NCBI RefSeq assembly: GCF_006345805.1 | Contig: NC_043001.1 | Location: 3,844,001 to 3,908,000, forward strand | Length of the DNA: 64,000 nucleotides | From: Octopus sinensis | Taxonomy: Eukaryota | Direction: 5' to 3' | Shown: in pieces, positions 38,301 to 52,837 of the stretch | Position numbering within the stretch: the first letter of the stretch is position 1 | Layout of the letters: each line of letters starts with the position of its first letter | Position numbers and translations under genes: made by a program | Notes under the pieces: generated by a model | The model's database searches: none | What the model saw: only the letters and a program-made list of their open reading frames with translations | What the model was told of the DNA's origin: nothing

Positions 38301-39921
38301 ACCTAAAGCAAGTTTCAATTAGTTATGGTAATTCATTACAGGATTCATTAACGTAATTCATGACATTGTATGGAGAAATTTCAATAAATCATCCAAGATA
38401 ATGAACAGTTATTTACGCTCTTGAATTTCTTGAAATGATATCGTCGATTGTGAAATGCCATTGTCCAACGAAGTTTTCGCAAGAGAAATCTGCTCTTCTG
38501 CCATAAATATAGTGCTATCAAAAATTGATATGTTGACAGAATTGTTAAAACACTTAGAAATTTGCAGGGATTTGAACCTTTACACCCGAGGTTCATAATA
38601 ATGAATTCCCCTCGGAATATACTGTTACTCTCGGTAACCTTGGTAATGATACAAAACAATTATAATGAACCATCGAAACGGCACGCCTTCACATGAATGA
38701 CATTCCGCGCATAAGAGCAGGAAACGTACATAAAAAAATCATCACAGACGATATACTCCAAATAATATTGTATTAATAGTTAGATATAGAAATATAAAGA
38801 AGTATGACTATTTAAAAGATTAAAAGTTTAAAATATCTTACGAACGTTTCGTGAATGCATTTCCCTTAGAAATGGAATCTAAAATTGATAATCATTATTA
38901 GGTAATACATCCGATCGTCAGCGGGAATCAGGGTTAATTTCCGTGTAGCCAATCGAATGCTATTTAAAAATATGTGAAAAAGTTGTTGTTTAAAGATATT
39001 GTTTAAAAGTTACGTAGATATGATTTGGTGCAAACTCGTGCTAAAAATTCTCGAGGAAAATATACATCCGTGGTAAAAGAAGTGCATCGTTACAAAAACT
39101 GATAACTCACCACAATATGGTATATATAGGGAGCTCTACTAACTTTAAGAAAAGATTTTAGCATATATTTATTCATTTAAACCGAATACTTCATTTGCTA
39201 CCTATGTATATAATCTCAAACAAAAAACGTAAACTATAAGTTATCCTGGTCAATCATTTACTCAGCTATACCGTATACACATAAATCTTCTATCTGCCGT
39301 CTTTGTACAAAGGAATTGCTGTACATATTATTATATAAACAAAATAATTTCATTAATTGCCAACTAGAAGCATTATCCACATGTACACATAGGTTTTATA
39401 AACCTTTTAAACACTATAAGAGATTACCAAGATAAGATTCATATTAAAACTTTTTTTCTTTTCCTATAATGATATAGTAATAATAGTACGATGTTTACTA
39501 GTAAGAAAAAAGAAAAGTCGATGTGAATTATTTTGATTATACACATATTCCTATAACATAATTCTCAATTGGATGAATGCTGGGAATGTCTTCTTGAAAT
39601 TTGAACCTCTACACCTCCAATGGGACATGCTCAACTGGTTAAGGTCAAACAACTGACAAGCAAATCTGTGGTGTTCAGCAGAATATTTGCTGTAGCCCAT
39701 CTTTTATACCAAGACAAAACAATGTACATGATAACACTTCCAATCAGTTAATATCAGAAGCCATGAGAGCCACTGCCAGGTACTGCATCATCGTCATCAT
39801 CATCATCATCATAATCATCATTATCATTATTATTACTATTTTCTATGCACAGCTTCTAACGCTGAAGATGTACTACCGTGTCAGTTGTTCACTACCAGTG
39901 AACTAAGGTAACGCCTCTTCC

Positions 39922-39924
<3 letters not shown>

Positions 39925-39992
<68 letters not shown>

Positions 39993-40160
39993 TGTTATTG
40001 TTGTTGCTATATTATTATTATTATTGTTGTTGTTGTTGTTGTTATTATTATTATTATTATTATAACAATGGCGATGGAGTATATGATGCCAATGACGACG
40101 ACGATGATGATAATAATAATGATGATGATGTTGATGATGATGATGATGATGATGATGATA
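39925..40160. repeat. (TAT)n/(TGT)n/(GAT)n compound microsatellite
   Basis: Directly visible. Confidence 0.95.
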
Positions 40161-40769
40161 ATAGCTATACTTATTTTGGCTACGAGTACAGAGGACGAAA
40201 TTTCCCCAGCCCCCACCCTCCATGTTAATTTTCTCTGAAATTTATCGTATCAAGCCGAGAGAGAGACGAAAGGCTAAATCGATCTGAAGACGTCATTTAA
40301 AACAAAACTCTAATTGGACGTAACACAATGTCACACGGCATTTATTGTCAATCGCAAAATATCAATAACTCCAACTGCACAACTTGTCAGATCTTAATGG
40401 ATTAAAAAGGAATTGTTCCCGAACGAGGTGAGCAAGTGACATCTTTCTACCCGTTTGCTGTTCGTTGTTGTTGCGGCTATTGTTGATGTTGATGCCGTTA
40501 TTGTTGTTGTTGAATAGCTTTGAATGGAATTGCTTGGATCTGTTATAGAGCACAAGATTTGCTATGAGACCACGTGAGGGTAAATATGGAAACCCATGTG
40601 TTTACTAGAAAGTACACCCAAATATTTTCTCTCATTCACACACCACCCGTGGGTATCAGCATCATCGTCATCATCATTAACATCGTCAATAACATCAGCA
40701 ATGTCGTCGTCATCGTCTTCATCATTCTCATGATTATGATAAAAAGGGGAGGATAATTAGTTGGTGTTA

Positions 40770-40940
40770 ACAATGTTTTTATTGTTTGTTCTGGCTCCGT
40801 ACGTTCAAAGTCCGCTGTAGTTAACTTTACTTTCATCTTTGCCGGGTCGATAAAATAAGTACTAGTTGAGCACAGAGGTCAATTTTCTCGACTTATCCCT
40901 CCCCAGACATTTCTGGATTTGTGCAAAAACACGAAAGCAT
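40770..40940 (+). mobile_element. Family-B SINE, diverged
   Basis: cgttcaaagtccgctgtagttaactttactttcatctttgccgggtcgataaaataagtactagttgagcac. Confidence 0.65.
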
Positions 40941-40944
40941 TATT

Positions 40945-41335
40945 ACTAACGTTTTGTAGCCGAGGTTTGTTGGAACTCCCGGAGACTCACATGCGTATTG
41001 CAAGATTACTACCTGAAGCCTACGATACCGTGCTATCTGTTCTTTTCAAATACTTTATAATTTCCTGGTGATTCTGGCTGTGTCAATGAGGCAAACGTTT
41101 TGCATTATCTCGACTGGCCACCATATTCCCATTTCTTTTATATTCTTTTTGAACGTGATGTCTTCTGATACAGTCCTGAAGGACCTGACAACAGCTGGCA
41201 CAATCTTCATCTTCTTCAGCTTCTTCAGTCGAGCTATCACATATATAAGAGGATTGTATATGTCTACTTTTTTGCCTTCCTTCTTGAATATTCGTGGGTC
41301 AAAGCGGCACGCAACATCACTTATAGAGCACAAAG
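40945..41335 (-). mobile_element. 3' fragment of an R4/Dong-like RLE non-LTR retrotransposon
   Basis: ORF 41055-41333: CSISDVACRFDPRI..KEGKKVDIY..KIVPAVVRSFRTV..MQNVCLIDTARITRKL resembles the RLE C-terminus; a short 3' UTR ends in tagtaataat. Confidence 0.7.
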
Positions 41336-41369
41336 CGGCATGGTGTCAGAGCCGTTTGTATGCCAGGCA

Positions 41370-41545
41370 AATGGTTAGCAGAATTTCGTTTGTCTTAACG
41401 CTGTCTTTCGTCTGTCAAAAGACGCTGAAGTAGACTTTGCCTTGCATCCTTTCGGAAACAAAATAGACACTAGTTAAGCAATATAATAGATCAGACCCGC
41501 ACACCCTCCAAATTGCTGATTTGTGCCGATAACATAAAGGATTAT
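41370..41545 (+). mobile_element. Family-B SINE, highly diverged
   Basis: gaatttcgtttgtc..gtagactttgccttgcatcctttcgg..gatttgtgccgataacataaagg. Confidence 0.55.
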
Positions 41546-42990
41546 TATATGAAAACTCAAAGGTTATTTTGCTGGGTATGATGGAACGTGTCAGCTGTCC
41601 ACAGCCAGGAGACTAAGGTGATAAATACACCAGTCTTTGTAAAACTGCGAAAATATTTCGTATACGCTACACAGAATATAAAAATTAAGATTTAAAAGTT
41701 CCTTCATCAACCTCACGGGTTACGAGGGAATAAGGAGTAACTCTACTAATTCTCCTACAAATTTCAAGCGCAAACCGTACTGATAATGTTATTGTTTTTG
41801 CTACCGCTGTTACGATATATTGTACTCTACACTCGAAGGTCACACATGTCATACATTGATACTCTCTGCCGCAGGTCAAAGAAAATTTGGTCAATTATTG
41901 TTCTGTTGTACTCTACTGCAATAACCCCGTCTGAAAGTGAGATCTCTAGACCCTACTTTTCACTATATTAAGAATTGCAGTCAATTTCTACGATACGTCC
42001 TAAAATGGTAAGTACATATTGACACTTTCTACCATTCGAAACGTCATGTATCAACGACAAAGCAGTGACATCTGATGAGAACATTTACAGACAGATCAAG
42101 TTTGATTGTATTCTAGTATTCGGTTTGAGAAAACTCTGCGTTAAACAGCGTAAATAACGGAAATAGTCGGTGTTTGAGTGGGCGGCTTAGATACTTCAGA
42201 TCTTAGAAAAGTTAATATTCGCAAGGGACAAGAGACGCGAGACAATTTCGATTTAAAGTCACATGAAGAAAACGCTCAAATCAACCGTAGCACATTGGTA
42301 AGCAACGAAGTTGACAAATCATACGTGAGGCAGAATATCATTGACTCACATAAGTGAGTTGTAAGCACTCCCGATTGCATCCACTGCTAACAATAATTTC
42401 CATGAATTTGTATCACAAATAACCAAATGCTTGATAGTTAACATTCAGTCCAATCAGTGGCACATCTCTTTATTTCTGCCAAGTTAATTTTTATCATTGC
42501 GTCAATGACAACAAGTAGTTCACGTGTAGCGAAAATTCGCTGAATAACAAAGTAAGGCAGCATTAAATGATAATAAAAAAAAAATTAAAACAGAAATTGA
42601 GCGTACATATGGGTTTTCCTTCATAAATATTGATATATGTTTTTGTGTATATGGACATATATCTATCTTTCTGTATGTGTGTGTGGGTGTTTGTATATGC
42701 AGGAGTATGTGCTTATATATTTTCTATTTGTGCTTGTTTCGCCATCTGACAAACACAGTTCCTACGTTCATGTCTGCATAGTGATTCAGCGAAAGAGATC
42801 GATGAAATACATGCTAGGTTTAAAAATTACGTCCAGGAATCGATTAAATCGGCCAAATTCACCAGACTGGTGCCTAAGCATGAGCGTAGTTCAATGACTT
42901 TAACAAGTAGAAGATAACAGATGTGTTGATATATACGTTCATGCCTATATACATACATAGATACATACACACACAGAGGTACATTACATA

Positions 42991-43042
<52 letters not shown>

Positions 43043-43642
43043 ATATATATAATATATATATATATAATAGAAATAATAGATCGTTTATTGTGGTTGCTAA
43101 TAGTTTCCTGTTATAAAACCGTTGCATTACATCAGCTCACGTCTTTATTACTCGAACATGTTTTGAATCAATATTTTGAATAAATAATAACTGTCTTCCG
43201 CTTCTGCTAAGGTGGTCATTACCCAGGTGTTAGAGATCAGGTTTTTTTTTTTTGTCTATTTTTTAAATCCTAGAAATATGAATGACTGACAAAAAAAAAA
43301 CACGAAATAAAAAAAGATGGACAAATTAACGAAGGCTGAAGAAAATAATGGGCGGGAGAAAGAAAGAGATATGAAGTTTAGAGAGATCGATACGTTAACA
43401 ATATGAAATATGAAAATGAATATATATATGCCGTAAGAGGAGTGAAAGATGAAGCAGAAAGAATGTTCAAACATGAATGCAAAACAATAGAAGACAAAAA
43501 TCGAATATAATACATATATGGATGGCAAAAGACGTCTAAGTTGGGTGTTATATATAACGTCTGAAGGTGTTATATATGCACACACATGTATGTATATACA
43601 CCTGTAAAACGCATGCATGCTTGTGTGTGTACGTGAGTATAT

Positions 43643-43678
<36 letters not shown>

Positions 43679-44220
43679 CATATATATAGTGATGTATAAG
43701 AAATACCATAATACTTATAGAATGTGATACACTTGCTTGTGCAACCTTGACCAGTTTTTGTCTTTGTTTTTCCATAAATTTGAAGTATATATATATATAT
43801 ATATGTATATATATGTGTGTGTGTGTGTGTGTATGTGTGTGTGTGTGTGTGTGTATGTGTGTGCGTATGTGCGTGTGTGTGCGTGAGTGATTGTTCAGTT
43901 TTATTTCAAGCTTTCATGCCAATAGAGAAAGAGCCAGTTTCTAACCTACATCGAAGGCTCCTTCATTGAAATTTCGACATCAACAACAAGAAATTTTTGT
44001 TTGTATGTATGGGTGTATGCATGGAAATGTTCAGGCTTGTATGTTTTGCATTATGTACGTATTGTCATATATATAATTGCATATCTAGACATGATCATAG
44101 ATATGTAAGCGATAAATTTCTGGAAAGTTTTACAGATTTGTCTGTCTGTATGTATATAAATATATATATATACATATAAAAAATAAATATATATAAATAT
44201 ATATATAAATAAATAAATAA

Positions 44221-44289
<69 letters not shown>

Positions 44290-44819
44290 CACACACATAT
44301 TTCAGAATAGTGCATATTATTTCTACACTATGTGTATAAGTGTGGAGGTATAGTCTGTGCGTGCATCACTGTTTTTGAGTTATAACACTAATATCCTTTC
44401 ACTGTATATTTGACAAATGTGTTTGTCACTGAAATGAGTAATACACTGTGACGTATGATTTAGTATTTCTGAGAAGCTTTCGCTTCTGTTTGCCTATGGT
44501 CAAATATAATGGAATATCTCAAGAACCACCCATTGTTATGCTGCTACCTATTCACACAACCTCAAATACATCTACCTACATATTTGTACAGAATTTGATT
44601 TATTGAATAAGTGCCTATGCACTTCTAAACTATGTCCGATATATCTGCAGAAGTCAAGAGCCCAATTCTATAATGTGGTGTTAAACAGCAATATACTGTT
44701 GCTTAAATGAAATAGCAGTATGAACGCCAACGAACTTTTCGAAATAATATTGAGATCGAATGCTCTCTAAAATCATATACATCGTTAATCATTTGCTTGT
44801 TTCAATTATTAGGAAGCAG

Positions 44820-44975
44820 ATTTTCGTCGAAACGCTATGCTATTTATTTAATTTTTTAAAACCTGGTACTTATACTGTCGGTTCCTTCGGTCGAACAACT
44901 TCACTACTGGTACATGAACGCATCAACACCGACCGTCAAGCGGTGTAAGGGGACAAGTATAGACACAAACACGCA
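44820..44975 (-). mobile_element. Family-A SINE, 3' half fragment
   Basis: gtacttatactgtcggttccttcggtcgaac..catcaacaccgaccgtcaagcggtg..ggggacaa. Confidence 0.55.
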
Positions 44976-45004
44976 CACACATATATACCTACTCATACAC
45001 ACTT

Positions 45005-46287
<1,283 letters not shown>

Positions 46288-46461
46288 ATAATGTAAAGTA
46301 TTGAAGCCATCTTATCATGGCTAACCACATTGGGGAGGGGGTGTTACTGTAGCTTTATAGCCCCAAGAGATCTTCGTCTCTAGCTGGCTTTAGACACAAT
46401 ATCAGTGTCCTTGGGGTATTTGCAAAGGGAGGCCATCCCTTCGTCGCAAGCCTGAGTGATA

Positions 46462-46504
46462 CGCTCGAACTAGTTTCGGGATTGTTGTCCCTCGTCAACG
46501 GGCG
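46462..46504 (-). ncRNA. Minimal type I hammerhead-like motif, U3 variant (left-arm copy)
   Basis: Reverse complement of 46624-46666. Confidence 0.65.
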
Positions 46505-46623
46505 GTAACCACCAGGTCGCGATGAAAGTGAAGGCCTCCTTGCAAACATATATAAGACGCCATTAGAAAAACTTATATATGTTTGCAAAGAGGCCTTCAC
46601 TTTCATCGCGACCTGATGGTTAC

Positions 46624-46666
46624 CGCCCGTTGACGAGGGACAACAATCCCGAAACTAGTTCGAGCG
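46624..46666 (+). ncRNA. Minimal type I hammerhead-like motif, U3 variant
   Basis: cgcccg TTGACGA GGGA caacaa TCCC GAAAC TA GT T cgagcg: 4-bp stem II, palindromic ACTAGT stem III, GTT triplet, stem I with 5 of 6 pairs; position 3 is T instead of C. Confidence 0.65.
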
Positions 46667-46882
46667 TATCACTCAGGCTTGCGAGGAAGGGATGACCTCC
46701 CTTTGTAAATACTCCAAGGACACTGATATTGTGTCTAAAGCCAGCTAGAGACGAAGATCTCTTGGGGCTATAAAGCTACAGTCACACCCCCTCCCCAATG
46801 TGGTTAGCCATGATAAGATGGCTTCTATACTTTACATTATCGAGCGATTACTGTTTCAATCTCATTCTGAGATTTAATTACG

Positions 46883-46926
<44 letters not shown>

Positions 46927-49069
46927 TATATACACACTCACACATACATAGTGTGTGGCTCATTCTGTGTTCGTGAATGGAGAATAACGGTGAATTAAAT
47001 TTTGAATACGATCGTTTATTTGTTTTACCACATGTAGTTGCATAAATTCTGCAATGCATATTATGGAACATTTGGCGTATTTCTCCATGTAATAGAAGTA
47101 AGATTTGTTATTTTCATGCATATATATATATAACTGCTTATTTACATATTAATGAGAAAACTAAATTCTACAGTTGTTTTCGTATGGTCATATTTCTAAT
47201 ATAACCAAGAAACCCATTTTATGATACGAAAGAGGTCAATATTAGAACAAACTCCTTAATGAATACCAGAACAACCTTTGAGATGACAGACCTTTCTCCG
47301 ACATAATGGAGGTAAAAGGCAACACGGTTTTCGACTGTTTCGTTGCTAAATATATTCACCCTCTCATCACCTGAATCCTCTGCTCATTTGTTAAGTGTTT
47401 AAATGGTTAAGTGTCCTAAGAGCATGCGGGCAATTAACGTAATCCTGGAGGAGAATGAGCGCAATACAACATATAATATTCTGTAAAGTTATTCTTCAGA
47501 TGCGATACAGCGTCAATGTATTCATTTCTACTTGCAATGCTTAGCTTCGAAGCGTCGTCACGCTGAAAGACACTTGGGTAAGATGCTGCAGAGTAGGAAC
47601 AAGTTCGAGAGATATACAAACCGTAAGAAGAATTTTGTTGAATTATTGGGTCCAATCTGTTTCCAATCTATGATGCAAAACGTCACATAACGTGTTCTGG
47701 TTTTCTCGTTGCTTTAACTGGTTATGACTGCCTAATGTTTACTAATGATGACAGACAAGTTGTTCTTAAATGTTAGCAAATCTATACAATATCAATGAAG
47801 AAATAGAGGCTAACATAATTCCATTCCCACGTTTTTTGATTGTAAGAAAAGTATACTGACTTTAAATTGAGATGGATCCAGGAAAATTGTATCAAAATAC
47901 AACAAAATCTGCTACACTAACAACAAGCCACTAATGTTTTCCATGAAAAATTTAACATTGATATGTGCAACATATTTGATGTAATTATAAAATTATACAT
48001 TCCGGCTCTATTTATCTATTTATATCTCTGTGTATCATATTCCCCCCTCATTCTCTCTCTCTTTCTCTCTCTCCACACACACATACAAATGCATATATAT
48101 ATTTTTTATCTAGGTTCCTATCTATATATTAACCACATGCAAACGCACACCCACATGCACACACATATGTATTTATCTATCTGTATTTATGTCTATATCT
48201 GTTGCTGACACATGTTAATGCTCCTAGCATTGACAACCTAACTGTGCCATGATGCTGCCCTTAGTGAAAATTATAACGGAAATTATTATTCATGCTCAAA
48301 CTAGGGAGAATCAAAACGAATGATGTGTGTGGGAAGGAACGGAAAGAATCGAAAATGCTGAGATATCTGTTTCTTATATATCGCCTGCAATGTATCAACC
48401 CTGCCCCACAAAAAAAAATGGAATAACCTACATTAACTTATTTAAAAATAGGTGAATACCATTGTAATAATATAAATAAATACGTCGCAAAAATTACGAA
48501 AACAATACTTTGAGTTAAATATCATCACAAACGAGAGAAACATTAAAAAATAAATTGAATTCATTTAATAATACATACGAGCAAAACTCCCCACTCCAAT
48601 GGACGGTGCTGAGTTGTCAAACATTTGAACCAGATTTTCTCAAAACAACTTGTCCACCCCTTTGAGAAACTCTGATTTAACCTAAATTTAACCTAAATTT
48701 GAGACGCCAGCAAAAGAAGAAATAAAGAGAGACTTTTTTTCTATTCCAAAGAAAACAATTTTATTCACACAAATATGCAACTGAAGAGATTAAAGTCCCA
48801 GTAATGATGAGGCTGTTGACTGTGAGAACACAAACATGGTTTAAACAGTAAGTTTGGCATGAAAGAAACGTGCTTTTAAGCAGTACAAAAACAAAAAAAA
48901 TGGAAGGTGCGGTTATGTACAGGTTGACGGAAGAATAGCAGAACAAAAACGATGCATGCAAATGGTTTAACTGGAGGTAAATCTAGATGGAAAAGCATGA
49001 TGATTTTTTTTGCGCAAACTGCACGTGCATTTTTCTCGCGTACATGTAGTATCGATCGCAACAGCTGAT

Positions 49070-49273
49070 GTACTTGCGCGTACAAATGCACGTTCCCACG
49101 GCTTTATCGATCGCATTCTCACCTGGAATCGATTTTTGTAATTTTTTCAAGACTTATACACGTTCTGATACCGTCTGTATCTACATATAAAATTTGAACG
49201 CAATCGGATGGAGGATGCCTGTGATCCTAGAAGACACACAGACAGAAAGACAGAACGGATTTTATATAACAGA
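49070..49273 (+). mobile_element. Short Helitron-like non-autonomous element (3' end)
   Basis: Ends aaatttgaacgcaatcggatg...cacagacagaaagacagaacggattttatataacagaag, similar in style to the 3' end at 21850-21883. Confidence 0.35.
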
Positions 49274-49459
49274 AGTTTCAAAGGTCCAGCAGTTTTCGAT
49301 GGAATGGGTAAAATGTTTCTATTAACCCCAGTACTCAACCGATACCTATCTAATCAATCGTGATAGGATAAAAGCCAAAAATTAACTTCGGAGTAATTTT
49401 GAGCACAAAACGTAATGGCAGTCAAAATGTCGCTGAACAATTTGTTCTAATGCCTAACA

Positions 49460-49610
49460 GGAAATGGTTCTAGTTCTTGCCGACCACATGATTCCAGGTT
49501 CAATCCCACTGCAAGTAATCTTAGGCAAGTGTCTTCTACTACTAGCCTCGGGTCGATCAAAAGCTTGTGAGTAAATGTAGTAGACGGAAACTGGAAGAAG
49601 CCAATCGGAT
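49460..49610 (+). mobile_element. Family-A SINE, 5' half
   Basis: ccaggttcaatcccactgc..ttaggcaagtgtcttctacta..gtagacggaaactggaagaagcc. Confidence 0.8.
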
Positions 49611-49734
49611 ATATATATATATATATAATAAGAGTAGATCGTATACGAGTGGATATATATTTGTAAAAAAGAAATTTGAAAACGCCACTATGTTAGATAA
49701 ATTTTAATTTTCTTATGAATTTTACATGTTTCGG

Positions 49735-49917
49735 TTCTTGAAAAAACGAACCTTATCAAAAATATTATGAAAAAGTGAAAATTGAAAAGTTCATAATCGT
49801 TTCTTATGGTCTCAATAGAATCCATGTTCTTGAAAAAACGAACCTTATCAAATGTATTATAAAAAGTGCAATAGAAAAGTTCATAATCGTTTCTTACTGT
49901 TCTCAATAGAATCCATG
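49735..49917. repeat. Tandem duplication, two units of about 92 bp
   Basis: ttcttgaaaaaacgaaccttatcaaa...ctcaatagaatccatg at 49735-49826 and 49827-49917. Confidence 0.9.
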
Positions 49918-50307
49918 TGGTGGTATTGTGTCGGTAGTTGGTACAATCGCTATATTACTGTTGAGTGTAGTGAAGAAGTCCATTATTGTTTCTCACTGGT
50001 ATCAAAAGGAACCGCTTTTTTGTTACCTTGTGTTTTAATTCTCACACTGTGTGAGAATTAAAATAGTAAAAAAAGGGTGGAGGTGGGGGAATTACAATTT
50101 CTCAGATCTTTAAACAGTCACTCCCGCTTGCAGTGATATGTTTTAGGGAAAGATGAATTTATAAAAAATGTTTTTCTGCGAGCAGATCTGATTTTGATTC
50201 GTTAAAAAATTGATGACGTTTTTCTTTCGTCATCAAGCTTGTCGTTCTGCTTGGTTGGTTTCCTTACAGGATACAGTTATGGGTCAGATCTGATTTTGAT
50301 TCGTTAA

Positions 50308-50587
50308 CAACATCAACACTCGTAGTCAAGCGGTAGAGGGGGAAAACACAGACAGAAAAACACACATGCATACACGCACATACACTCACACAAACATACA
50401 CACATGTATTTATGTATTTACATATATAAAATACTATTTTCAGTTTTCATCTACAAAATCCAACAACAACACATTGATTGATCCGGGGCCATAGCAGGAG
50501 AGACTCGCCCAAGTTGCCGTGCAGTGGAATGAACCCGGAACAACGGTGATGGCTGGACAGGAAGCTACTTACTACATAGCCACGCGT
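50308..50587 (-). mobile_element. Family-A SINE, diverged
   Basis: tttcagttttcatctac..gcccaagttgccgtgcagtggaatgaacccggaac..agctacttactacatagccac. Confidence 0.7.
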
Positions 50588-51194
50588 GAACCTATGTGCG
50601 CATGTTTGTGTGTGTGTGTTCGCGCGCGTGCATGAATTATATCTAAAATATATCTACGGAAATTAACTTCCATTTTATGCAAATGAATTAATTATAACTT
50701 AACAATACCTTATATTTCGAGTAGTTTACACATGTAAAGTGTACTTTTATGGCGTAAATTTGGACACTCTTTAAAGAAAATATTGAGGGGGAAACGATAA
50801 AGATATAAACAATAGAGATTATTCCCCTTAGCTGCTTGCCATTGACTTCCGGCTCTGTTGTCTCCCCGCAGCAACGCCATTGTCGGCTATCAGGGCAAAC
50901 GATAGCGGATTGTCTTCCACTCTCATCAGCAATCAGTTTCCGGCTGTGGTGTAATTGTCGCTAATACCGCCACTATCGCTATTATCCGGTTCCCATGACG
51001 CCAACAGGAATCTCCTGAAATGCAAGCACGGCCCGAAATCCTCCGTTCTGGAATTCTGTATGGTCCCTGATAAGTGCGAGTTTTTCAGGATTTCTATGCT
51101 TTCGACTACGCATAGCTTGTAGCGTTTTGTTCCATTCAAGCACGGACCATGACGGTGGAGAGATAGGCAGAATGACAGACAGACCGAAAGACAG

Positions 51195-51231
51195 ACAGAA
51201 TGACAGATAGATAGATAGATAGATAGATAGG

Positions 51232-51271
<40 letters not shown>

Positions 51272-51317
51272 CAGACAGATAGATAGATATATAGATAGAT
51301 AGATAGATAGACAGATG

Positions 51318-51370
<53 letters not shown>

Positions 51371-51483
51371 GTAGATAGATAGATAGGTAGAAAGGTAGAT
51401 AGATAGGTAGACAGATAGATTGATAGATGGGTAGATAGATAGATAGATAGATAGGTAGATAGGTAGATAGATAGATAGCTAGG

Positions 51484-51560
<77 letters not shown>
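51195..51560. repeat. (GATA)n microsatellite
   Basis: Directly visible; explains the 200-aa YLSI ORF. Confidence 0.95.
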
Positions 51561-51561
<1 letters not shown>

Positions 51562-51962
51562 TGAATGAAAGCACGTTATCATATGCGTATATTTTTTTGT
51601 CTGAAACATCCTGCACACGGACATACACGTTGATTGAGAAAGAAACAGATTCTCCGTCGAATCCGCACATGTATGTATTTTTGTATACGTAATACTTGGC
51701 TCCTTAAAATCCACTTGGCAATTACTCTTTCTTCCCATCTTCCTGTTCTTGCTTTGTTATTCAATAGAAATACCTGAGAGATTGAAACTATAAAAATCAT
51801 CATGAATGTGAGAGATGCGTGGATTGGAGGAGATAAATTGACCGGTCAAGACAATGCTTACATGCTACATAGGTCAGTTAATTGATTAATGCTAATGGGC
51901 CAACACTTTCATTACTGCATGCATCTATATGCATATATACACCCTCTGATATACATACATAT

Positions 51963-51994
<32 letters not shown>

Positions 51995-52429
51995 AGAGAG
52001 AGTGTGTGTGTGTTTTGATATAAATAAATATAAATAAATATATATATATATACATATATATATATGTATGTATGTATATATATGTATATATATATAGATA
52101 TGGATATATACATATATATATATGTGCATGTGTGTGCATGTATATGTGCGTGTATAATATAAGCATGTGTATATATGTTTATGTGTGTGTGTGTGTGTAT
52201 TTATATATATATATATATGTATATATGTACACTCGCCAATGCACTCACACACACACTCACACACGCACACACACAAATACGTGTATACGATATATTTACG
52301 TTTCATCTATGCTCATGTATGTAAAATGAGATTGTTGCATATACTTCATCTTAGAGAAACGGATATTTGAATATATACCCATATATTGCTCTTCTATTTA
52401 TCTATCTCTACGTATATATATGCATGGTA

Positions 52430-52503
<74 letters not shown>

Positions 52504-52563
52504 TATATGAACACATACGCACATAAATTGATATATATATATATGTGTGTGTTCTGTATGATA

Positions 52564-52634
<71 letters not shown>

Positions 52635-52661
52635 TATATATATGGATATATGTATATATAT

Positions 52662-52710
<49 letters not shown>

Positions 52711-52823
52711 GGCTTGGTGGGAGTCAGAGGGCTGCGGGAGAAGAATAGATCTTTTGATTAGATTTAGTGTACATATTTATTTACGATGGATCATTGTCAC
52801 ATTTTAATGGATATTCCGATATA

Positions 52824-52837
52824 GTCGCCATGGCAAC
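52824..52837. promoter_or_regulatory. RFX X-box motif candidate
   Basis: GTCGCCATGGCAAC matches the GTYNCCATGGNAAC consensus; function untested. Confidence 0.4.

Larger units (their letters stand above)
46288..46840. mobile_element. 553-bp palindromic element (269-bp arms, 15-nt spacer) with a hammerhead-like motif in each arm
   Basis: 46288-46556 vs 46572-46840: reverse complement with 8 substitutions counted by eye (about 97%). Confidence 0.75.

Noticed and set aside
38330-38640. Second hAT dimerisation-like relic (NAIVQRSF)
   Set aside because: A single weak motif with no supporting context.
47280-47900. Degenerate GPCR-like transmembrane segments on the minus strand
   Set aside because: Short hydrophobic runs among many stops; no GN, DRY or NPxxY-type motifs.
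50880-50935. CTGATGA-GAGTGGA..TCCGCT on the minus strand as a hammerhead
   Set aside because: The stem is followed by GTTT, not GAAA.
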